Positions 29,401-41,400 of a stretch of DNA of 64,000 nt are shown piece by piece. The position numbers and the translations under genes are program-made. Origin of the DNA: Eledone cirrhosa (Eukaryota); NCBI GenBank assembly GCA_964016885.1, contig OZ024742.1, positions 238,762,001-238,826,000 of the forward strand, in the 5' to 3' direction. Numbering within the stretch: position 1 is the stretch's first letter; every line of letters begins with the position of its first letter. The notes beneath the pieces are model-generated. The model made no database searches. It had not been told where the DNA came from and saw nothing but the letters and a program-made list of their open reading frames with translations.

Positions 29401-32400
29401 GGCATTGTGTGCAGAGGATATACGCAGACTAGAGAGGAACGAAGCTTGCATGCTCCGCTGGATGTGTAACAGTAATATACGTGAACGGCAAAGCATAAAC
29501 GAACTAAGGAAAAAATTAGAGATAAGAGGGATCAGATGTTGTTTACTCGAGAGAAGGCTACGTTGGTATGGACACGTGATGCGCATGAAAGTCGATAGCT
29601 GTATAACAAAGTGCAGGGCAATAAAGATAGACGGTAGCCACGGAATAGGCAGACCTAGAAAAACCTGGGACGAGCTGATAAACTCCGACCTCACACACTT
29701 ACACCTCTCCAAGACAATGTCACTGGACCGAGACCTTTGGCGGTACTCAGTAACAGAGAAGACCCGCCTTGCCAGTAGGCATCTCTAACAAAATACACCC
29801 CGTCCCACCACCACCACCCCCACCCCATCCACACCACCCCGTCCTACGTAAAGTTATGTTGGCGCCGCGCCATCCGGGCCGAAACAAATGAGATCGTGTA
29901 GGTGTCACGACAAAAAAACACACAGTCCACGCTGTAATGTGGCCGTGTAGGCAACACGGTAAAAACCTCCCAGACCCACACTGTAAATGTGGTTGGTGTT
30001 AGGAAGGGCATCCAACTGTAGAAAACCTGCCAGACAGTCCTATGCGAGCAAGACAATCACTCTTGCCTCAAGTGGGACTACCCCCGTCCAAACCCATGCA
30101 AGCGTGGAACACGGACGTTAAACGTTGATGATGATGATGATGATGAAACAACCATCTGGTTATCGAACCAACCAACCAGCCAAAAATTTATAATAAACTA
30201 GACCACCAGTGACCCGTTGGGTCACATTCATTAAAAAATATTTTTTTTAAATCATGTTCATGTAAAAATAATTTTTAAATAATTAAAATATACACCGACA
30301 TGTATATAATATGAAATGAAACTGGAAGGCCCATATATATCATCATCATCATCATCACCGTTTTACGTCCGTTCTTCCACGCTAGCATGGGTTAGACAGG
30401 TTGTCCTGTTGTGGGCAGTGTTCGGTCAGCTGACCTTGACTTGTTCATACGGGAACTGATTCTGGCTTGATTTCTACAGCTGGATGCCCTTCCTAACACC
30501 AACCTCATTTACAGTGAGTGCTGGGTGCTTTTTTTCCGTGGCGCCTACACGTCCACTTTTACAGTGTGGCTGGGTGCTTTTTTGCCGAGGCACCTCCACG
30601 ACCACTTTGTAGTGGAATGATAGGGGCTCTAGTCCTATCATTTCATTTCTACAGCTGAGTAAACTCTAGCAATATGAAATAAAGTGTCTTGTTCAAGGAA
30701 ACAACACATCACCCGGTCCAAACGAGTATGAATGTATATATATAAATGTGTGTGTGTGTATACATATATATGTGTGTGTGTGTGCATATATATATGTGGG
30801 TGTCTGTGATCTATAATCATTGATCATAGACACACACTCACACATATACATACACAACACCACCACCAGCTCTCTCTCTTCCATTCTCCTTCTCTGCCTC
30901 CTCTCCCTCTCTCTATGTCTCTCTTTCAATCTACACTCTCACAACCACTATCTATTCCTCTCTATCTTTTTCTCTGTCTCTCTGGTTATGAAGGTACCTG
31001 GAAAAACCCCATATCTCGGGAACCCGTGCTCTGATTTAGGCGAAACTTGTTTTATTTCATTTGTATTCCCATTTCTGGGTCAACCTCCTTTCAAGGTATT
31101 TTCCCATTATGTGCTCTTTTGGCTGTATTACATTAGAGACAAGCAAGCAATCACAGAGTTTTAGTAGTACATAGATTGAAGTGAAAACCAACAGGTGTGT
31201 GTGTGTGTTTTTATTGGCAGCATGACCCTCCCAAAGTATAGGATAAAGTGGGAAGCATTGGTGGATAAGGAATCAGGACTAGTTGTGTGGATACTATTGC
31301 ATTGAAATTCAGAGAGCAAATTGGGGATATTGAAATGGAGAAGAGACTGTTTTGCTCATCAGTTTCTGCTTCAGATGTTAAATACTGAAGGATCATAAGC
31401 ATAACATGAACATTTGATAGAATTTATAAAATTATATATTCTAATACATCATATCTTATATCAATTATGCTAATTTTCATTTAATATTTGAAATGACCAT
31501 TAAAAATTGTAGCAAATGATATATGAAATTGAAATTAAATTAACCCTTTTGTGACCATATTTATAATCAAATGCTGCATTTGAATTAATGAATTTGCTAA
31601 AATTATTAAGACCATTTCTAACATAACAAAATGTTCTTATATCAAAATTGTTGAAAGATTTTAAATTAAATAGGTACCCTTTAAAATGGGTGGTTTTGTT
31701 TCATAGAACCAGGGGCTGTTTGATATGAGTTGGTTATCAAAGGAGTTAACATACTGAATTAAAGAAATAGATTTTCTTACACAATATAATAACTATCTTG
31801 ATGTGTTAAGGTTTGTAAAATAATTTCTTTCCCTTGACTTCTAAATGTACGAACATACTCCAAGAATGCAGACGCAGATGTAAGTGTGGAAAGTTTGTCA
31901 CTTTTTAAATTCTCTTTGTGTTTACTCAACAAATCTATTGGCTGAGGAAGAAATAAAAATGAAATATAATATAAATACAATTCACATTAAATAAAAAATA
32001 TTTTTCATACAAATAAAATCAAAAACCAAATATAAATATGTTCTCAAATAATATCCAGTATATTTATGGTTATATGCTGCTAGTGATGTTTGGTTATGAC
32101 TCACCAGTTTGATGTGTGAAGATAAGTACTTTATTTAAAAAGCAACATAAACAAGAGTTGTTGCTAGAAAGAGGATTCAACTGTTTCAAAAAGTCTTACC
32201 TAACCCATGTTAGGCTCATCAGGCTGAGTGTTTATCCATAGTTTTATTTTTCATCAGCATCAAGTGACTGAGAATACAAGACAACTTCCTAGACAGGATG
32301 CCAGTCCACCACAGAGTTAACCTCCAGCTACTACTGGTTCTTATTTTCAGCTGAGTTGACCGAAGCAATGTGAAATGAAGTAACATGCTCAAGAACTGTC

Positions 32401-35400
32401 ACCTAGTTCAGGAATCTAACCCAGAACATTGTGATCCTAAGACCAACACCGTAACCACTAGGCCACATGCCTTTACTTATTAGCATGAAAGTATCAGGTA
32501 TAAAAACAACCATCATGATGATCGTCGTATATGTCAGTCATTATTTTTACATTCACTTTTCATGTGTGCATGGGTTGGATAGGTTGTCATATTCTGAAGC
32601 TAGACCAATCAAATGACCATCTCTTACTCATGTTCCATATTTGGCATTATTTCTATGCCTGGATACCCTTCCTCACACCAAACCCCTCTACACAGCATGT
32701 AGGGTGTGTTTTATTCTGCCACCAGCACTTTAAATTGTGGACTGGGTGTGTTTTACTGTGGCACCAGCACTAGAAAGTTTGTCACATGATCGTCTAGACC
32801 AGAGACCCTATATTGTCTCTATTCACTCACCAGACACTGAAGCCTCTTGTCTAACACAGCATTTACTTTTATTGTTGCACTGCTTGTACTGGTTGACTTA
32901 TTTAAATAAAATATATTAAAACTGAAATGTTTATATGCTTTAACCCTTTAGCATTTAAACCGGCTCTATCTGGCCAGAATTCTCTCACCTCTTTCTGTTC
33001 AAACCAGCTGTAACCGGCCACTCATACTGATGTTAAGGTATTGTTCTCAAAATAAATAATATCAAAATCTTATAGATTCAATATTATGTGAGATAAAGTC
33101 TTTACCATGAAAATACAATAATATATATAGAGTAATGTAAATGGTAAAGGGTTATAGGACTTACTGATTTACAATCTTTTGTGCAATGCTGTATTTCTCT
33201 GCTGCTTGGTAACAGGGAAATAATATGATCATAACCCATCTCTGCAAATAGAATCATCCAATGGGAACCTTTATATATTTCAACATTGTGCTAAAATATT
33301 ATTTAATTTTTTCAAAATCTTATAGCAAATGTCTGTCTATCTGGTACTTCCATCTGCAATTAGTCCTTGATTTTATCTATTTTGAATATGTGTGTATATG
33401 TATGATGTCTGAATGAGTATCCTCCACCTCAAACTATCTTACTCTCTGCCTCTTGGTCCCAAGAGTTCATTGCCTTGGAAGATGGCGAGGGAGATGGGCC
33501 AGAACAGCCACTCCACCTTGTGTGGCTTGCAGCTGTGGGGAGCCAGCTATTGAAATCTGACTAAAACATAGTTTTATATCATCTATTTTAATACTGAAAT
33601 CCACAATGATTCAAGGGCATAACAAAATGTAAGCTTTTTTTTACAAATTAGAAGATACAGCACTCAGTACATGCTGAAAAGTGGTTGGTGCTCGTAAGGG
33701 CATCCAGCCATAGAAACCATGCCTGAAGGGAATGTATGAATGAGATACAATCATCAAACCTCAGAAGATGACAAATTATTCAACTCATGCAAGCATGGAA
33801 AATCGATATAAAACAGTGATGTGGCTGTGAAGTGAACTCATTAACCATGCAACCATACTTGTGTTTTTTTTATCCAGAATTTATTTGTTTCTATGAACAA
33901 TTATTCTTTCCCAATTTACATTTTATTTGAAAATATAGTCATCACAATGCAGATAATTATAATAATAGCTGGAAAAGTCAAGTAAAGTACCCTGTCCCCC
34001 TTTTTCCATCTCCAGGAGTACTTTATCCAATTTATTTAACTACAGAACCTATGCTAGCATAGAAGAATGGATGTAAAATGATGATGATGTATTCAATTTA
34101 GAGTAAATGCAATCTCCTTGTACGTCATAATGAGTTACTAAAAAGGTTAATGTCAGGAAAGGCATTTGGCTGTAAAGCATTGCCTCAAAAAGTCCCATCC
34201 AGCCCATGCCAGCATAGAAATGTTGATGTAAAAAAAGATGATGATGATAATGATGAATAAAAGAGAAATTGACTCACTTGTATCCAAAAAACTTTCTGCT
34301 TCGTCGAGATCTGGAATTATCATTTTTTCTTTTGTTTCTACCTCACTAATCAATTTTAATTTCTGGCTATATAATGAAGCAAAATACAGAAATATAATAT
34401 GTATTCGTGAGTGAATAATAATATTATTATAATAATTGCTTCTACTTTTGGCACAAGGCCAATAATTATCCCAGTTCATTACTGGTGCTTTATTTTATCA
34501 ACCCCGTAAAAGGCAAAGTTAACCTCGACGAGATTTGAACTCAGACCATAAAGGGGACGTAACTATGCTGAAAAGCATGGCGTCCGACCTTCTACCGATA
34601 CTGCCATATTATTATAATATTATTAATACTTGGTTTGTTTGAAAGCAAACAGCCACAAAACACCATGTGTGTTTTCTAGATTACCATGTCATCTTTTTGT
34701 TCTAGCGGTAGCTGAGAGAAAACATACTCCTTATCGAGACTGTGTATTCTTGTTGCTGCCACCCACTGGAACTGCTGAGAATACATAGTAAGCTAATTAG
34801 CTTCATTTGCATACTGAGCAATTTTACGACCGGCTTTGTCAAAATTTGTTTCACTCTAACATGATGGATACCTAAATGTATTCATTAGTGAATAATAATA
34901 ATATAATAATATTAATATCCAGTTTGTTTGCAAGGAAACAGTCTCACTAACACCATGTATGTTTTCTGGATGACCATGTCATCCTTTTGTTCCAGCGGTA
35001 CACTCACGAATACATTTAGGTATCCTCCATGTTAGAGCGAAAATAAATTTTATTTTTAAGAAATAAAATAAATTAGATTTTAATATAATTGATTTGTAAT
35101 GTAACTGATAGAAAAAAGATTAGATTTGATGAAAAATTTGTAAATAAATGAGATACCCATGCTTAAGTCATTTCAATTATAAAAAGCATTTGAACTAATA
35201 TCCTGTTTTTTAGTTCTTGGTTAACTTATGATCAAGAACTTTTCAGCTATGGCCATCCAATCTCTCTAGGAGTATGCAAGTCTAATTATTTAATGTACAT
35301 CTCCTTGTTTAAGATGGTAGGTTCTGATTTGAGGAAGATTTAGCTGCCATTTCTAGCCAGGGTGAAAATATGAGAACATATGTGTCCATTTAATACCTGA

Positions 35401-38400
35401 ACATACATGCTACAACTGTTTGGAGAGCTATTATTTAAATATATTCATTCATTTGCAAGAAAAAAAAAAGAATGGAAAGTTATCCACTAAACATCATCAT
35501 CATTACCATTTTGTGCCTATGTTCATGCTTGTATGGATTAGATGGGTTGTCAAATACTAAGGCTAGACTGGTCAGATGACCACATCTTGCTCATATTCTG
35601 TTTTTGGCTTGGTTTCTATGACTAGATATTCTTTCTAATGCAGCATGTCCTTATCATGCAATAGGGCACACTGTATGGCCAAATGGTCAAGAAGTTTGCT
35701 TCACAATAATTAGATGTCAGGTTCAATCCCACCGCGTGGTATCTCCGACAAGTGTCATTTACCATAGCCTCATGTCGACCCATGCCTTGTTAGTAAAATT
35801 AGGTAAATGGAAACTGTTTGGAAGCTTGTTGGATGGCTTATATCTTTAATTCAAAGGCCTACCTAGTCACACACTGCCATGCTAATGTCCCCGAAAATTA
35901 CATTAAGGATACATGCATCTGTGAAATGCTCAGTCACGTAGACGTAAATTTTATGAGCAATCCCATTATCAAATGCCTGGAACAATCATTATTGAAACTG
36001 ATCAATGTCCATTCCTTTCTTCCTATTCTGCATTAAAAATAGTCCAGCTTGCCTGAACTTCCTCTGAAGTCATTGTCCTTAGTGACCTCATTGCACTCAA
36101 CTCCTCTTGACTTTCTCACATGCACAAACACTGCTGGCCAACATGTTTGCCATCCTCAAAAATGTGCACCAGTTACTATTTTCACCTCATAGTTTACTTT
36201 GTCTTCCAATTCTTATTTCTATGCCCACATGCTAAACAGACAATACTAACTCTCCACAGAACACACATGTAGGAGTACACATTAAATTTACACTACTCTC
36301 TGGAAACATGTTCCAATGACATCATAACCATATCTCGATACCACTAAAAGGCAATCACTATAAATCACAGAAACATTCTTAATCACTATACATCACTAAA
36401 ACACACTTACTACACTACATTTGTTCTACTACACATGAAAAACTCACAACTAAAACCTATTGTCCCTATAAATACTAGTATTTATGAATAATCTTCAATG
36501 ATTTCTCATAGCGATCATACATCCAAAGCAAAACAAAACTACATTCGAAAGGTTAGTGTTTTTCTTCAGGTACACAATGAACATCAGCTGTAAATAATTG
36601 CTATATTTCTTATGAAACATGTGTCAATAGCGTTACTGATACACATTCAAACGTTCTATATTGTTCTTTATCCTAACCCTCGAAACAGCCATCTGATCAA
36701 TTTGCAAGTCATTACACACACATTTTAGAATAGACATTTACAGACATGTGTAGGACCTCCATCAGTTCCAGCAATGTATGTTCAAGTTGTTTGATCAACA
36801 GAACTGCTGGCTCATGAAATTAATATGCAAGTGGCTGGGCCTTCCACAGATACACGCACCCTTAACATAGTTTTCAGGGAGATTCAGCATAGCACATGTG
36901 TCTATGTTTGTTTGTATCTGTTTGTGTTTATGTCCCATAACTTAGCAGTTGTGGTGTTCCAGGTTCTAACTGTTAAGGTTTGCTCCCTTCCAGACCCTCT
37001 TTCGGGTCTTGGGTTATGCAAACTTTGTGCGTCCATCTTACACCTCCCAGAACAGGTCACAGGCCTATCACTAGTTTTCACAGCATGAAATGGAGACTGC
37101 AATATATTTTTCAAACAGGCCTCTCTATCTAAGGCCTGAATGTGTCCCTTATTATCCCACATGAAGGATGATACAATATGGTTTCCTCATCATATTGCAG
37201 TTTCAGTGATCTTATTCACACCAGTCACCAATCTGGTATTTTGTTAATCCCGCGAAGACTAGGCTTTTTTAGAGGCAGCCTTTACTCACCTAGTCCTAGC
37301 TACGTTACTGGGTTGTGAGACTTTTCTTGGGAGTTTCAGGTGTCACCCATTGCTCCATCTCCACTAGTTGTTTACCGCTGTTGGTTCGAGGTTGCTTATT
37401 TCTCCAGCAGTTGCCCGCTTAAATCACAACTAGCCATCATATCTGGTGGGCATATCGCCATCCACCACCTGCGACCGTTCTCTAGCAGGACAGCTGTTAA
37501 CTGTTCACCATCTAGTTATCTGCAACTTGAAACTAACTAAAACCAAGGAAGCCCGCAAAACTAGTAGGTCCAGGGCGACCTACAGGATAAAATGGGAAGC
37601 TTTGATAGATAAGGAAGTCATGACCAGGTATGCAGATACTATGGCATCCAAATACAGAGAACTCCCTGAACAAACTGAGGACATTGAGACAGAATGGAAA
37701 TTGTTCAGTGCAGCAGTTTCTGCTTCGGCTGTTAAATTCTGTGGATGAAAGAGGCTTGGTGTGGCGCCAGATGGTAGGAGGACTCCCTGTTTCAACCAAG
37801 AGGTCAAAGATGCCATCCAAGCAAAGAAGGCGGCTTACAAAGCTTAGCTTGGAAATAAGTCCTCCTTCTTGCATTTGCGGTACAAGCAGGCATGAAAAAT
37901 TGCGACAGAGACAATAAAGGGTTCCAAAGTTAAGACATGGGCGGACTTTGGGGTTAAGCTGGAATCCAACTGCAGATCAACAAATAAAGTGTCCTGGCAA
38001 ACCATCTGCCGACTTTATAATAAGAAGTCCTCCTCCACACCTGCTATCAGGAATGTGTCTGGGGTCCTCCTCTTTTCAGAGAGGCGTATCCTTGAGAAGT
38101 GGCGAGAATACTTGCTGATCTCCTAAACCCAATCACAACAGCTTCTTCTGATGTACACGAGTTGCATCTGGTGACTAATCTCTTAGAGGCTGAGGTCACA
38201 AGAGCAATTAAAGAGCACGAATGTTGCAAGGCAGCTAGGGAAGATTAAATTAGGCCCAAAATGTTAAAAGCCTTAAATAGAGAAGGTATTCTCTGGCTGA
38301 CTCATGTGTACCAGGTGGCCTGGATCTCTGGAGAGATACCTAAGTGAGTGATAATCTCAATTTTCAAAACGGGAGACAAGAGAGATTGTTCCAATTACAG

Positions 38401-41400
38401 AGGGATTTCCTTCTTAAGCATCCCCAGTAAAATCTATGGTAAGTGTCTGGCAAAGAGATGCAGGGAGATTGTTAAGTCCAAGCTAGCTGATGAACTGAGG
38501 TTTTCGCCCTGGATGCAGCACAGCCAACCAAATATTTACACTGTGGCAGGTCTTTGAAAAATCATGGGAGTGAGTATTGCCAAGAGGTATATTCTTGTTT
38601 TGTCGACCTGGAGAAGGCACATGACCGCGTTTCTCGGGACCTGCTATGGAAGGCTGTGCAGGAATATGAAATTGATGGACAACTTCTTGCTGCCTTGATG
38701 TCTCTACATGAATGCCCAAGTATTTATGTTTGGATAAATGGAGCTAAATCAAAACCATTGAATCTGGGAGTTGGACTCCACCAAGGGTACATACCATCAC
38801 CTCTCCTGTTCATTATGTACATGAACAGGATTGACATGTGCAGCTGGGTGGAAATGGTATCATGGCTGGTGGGTGTAAAATCAGTCAGCTGAATTTGCAG
38901 ATGGCATGGTGTTACTTAACTCGACAGAAGGTGATCTCTGACTTGCACTCGATAGGTTTGATGTCGTGTGTTTTATGGCTGGAATGAAAATCAGTGCTGC
39001 AAAAACTGAGACACTCTTCCTCTCAAGAAAGCCTGTGCAGTGCATGGAGTTCCACAGAAGCAGGTAGAAAATTTCAAGTATCTCGTGGTGCAGTAATGCA
39101 CCAGCTTCAGCATTCAGTAATCAGAAGAAGGGAGGTAGGTGTAAAAGCCAAACTATCTTCAATTCGGTATTCATGCCAACCCTTACATATAGTCATGACT
39201 CTTGGGTAATGGCCGAAAACTTCATGTAGAGCTGCTACTTCTCCAAATTGAGAGATCACAGCTCCGCTACTATGGGCATGTGGTTAGAATGTCTCAAAAG
39301 AATCGCTGGACATATTTTACGGCCAAAAGCAACCGTCAGGAGATCTAGGAGTAGACCCTGAGCAAGATGGTTGAATAACATCCATGAGCTTGACTGGTCA
39401 CATTTGGGGATCCAGCTGGATCAGTTGGAGATGGTTGCTTCTGACAGGACCCACTGGAAGAAGTGGGTGAGGACTGACCCCACGACCCTTTCAGTAATAA
39501 GTGGGTGAAGAAGAACCAACAACTTAGCAGTTCAACAAAAGAGATATCGATAAAATATCTACTAGACTTAAAAATATAAGTACTAGGGTTGATATGATTG
39601 ACTAAATGAAGTTGGTGCCCCAACATGGTCACAGTCTAATGGCTGAAACAAGTAAAGGAATAAAAGGTACATAACTAAATGGAAAGATTTTTTAAAATAA
39701 GACTTATTTTAGATTATACTCACAAAACATCAATTTTAATACCCATTGCTGTATTTATGTTTATTTTAAGCTGACTAACACTATTCCCAACAGCTGTATC
39801 TATGATGTCCTTTTTCAGAATATAGGTGATAGCTGAGGTAGAAGTGGTAGAAACGCCCAACAACTGCAAAATAGTTAGTATAAGGCTTTCATGAGTGTCA
39901 TGAGGCTAAAAATCAGAGCTAAAAATAAGAAATTTAACTTATTTAAACAATATAACAATGATGTCACAATATAGTATAATAAATTATTTATATAACATAC
40001 CGAGTCATCTGCCTGAGTGAAAACTGCACCAATATAGACATGTGATGCAGATGGATGTGATCATTAAGTGAAGTGCTAAGAAATCCTGTGGAAGGAAAAT
40101 GCAGTAGAGGGAGCAAGGAAACCTTGGGCAAAGGTTGTGAAGCTCACAGAGATGACAAAATGCCATAATGAGTGAAAGGAAGTTATGCTGTAAAAGACCC
40201 AGTGAACCCATGTAAGAATGGAAAAGGAAACATAAAACATTGATGGTGAACATTAAAGCTTAACGTTTTGAGTGTCTTTTACTGTCTCCCTTCTGTATAT
40301 TAACGACCTATACACTACTAAATATACAAACATTCCTGTGCAGGTAGTATCAGCCTTCCCTCTTCAATAACCTTTTATACAACCTAGATACCTCACACCA
40401 GACATGCACTGCTTTCAAGAATAATCTCATTCATCAGTACTACCTATCCCTATCCACCCCAGCCACAACACATAAGAAAGAAATATTAAAAATATTATAC
40501 CCTTTCTACTCATGAACACTTACACAACCATTACTGTCACTTCCACCCATTCCTCCCATCCCACCCCACTGTGAGATCATCTGATCACATCATGCCAACC
40601 TGCCTGAAACTGCACAAGGCTTTACAATAAGAAAATACCTGTTTTAAAGTGTTCATATCTCTATTAAAACCTTCCATCATAATTTTATATAAGAACATTT
40701 CAAGTACCAGCTTGATATTGAAAAAGTTAAACTATGTCACTATTCTGCATTATTTTTCAAAATTAATTGAAACATGGGTTGTGTATTTCATTAGAAATAT
40801 GTTAATGAAAGAGTTAATCTAGGCAACACATCAGCTCCTGAACCCCCACCCCATCCTACAACAATAGATTTGTTAAGTAGTTAAATTTCTGATAGTTTTA
40901 ATGTTGAATACTTTTAGATGCAAATGTGCTCACCTCTCACCAATCTAAAAACAACTCAGTAGCTGACCGATACCATTCTTATGAGCTTGACTCTTCACAT
41001 TCTACATACAAACAAAGCCCACAATCCTTAATTGCAATAGCAATTCCTACATTGTGCTGCAGATGAAGAACCTTGTCTACTAACCAAGAGAAAGTTAACC
41101 ACTATGACGGTGATAACCACCACCACTGGAAAGCGATTTCTCAACCACAACACCACCAACAAAGCAACCAACTATCATAAATTAAAAGATTTTGTGTAAT
41201 GCATGGGGTATATGTCACTTCCATAAATGCATAAATTTCTAGTGCTTTGCAGAATCCTCTTACACACTTATCCTCTTCCAAGATGACTATCATTAACACA
41301 CCCAGAGATAAAACCACACAACTAGCTAACAAAGGATCCTCTATGTGAGCCACTCAACCTGCTAGAATAGTAGCCAAATATATTTCAAATATTAGTAGAA

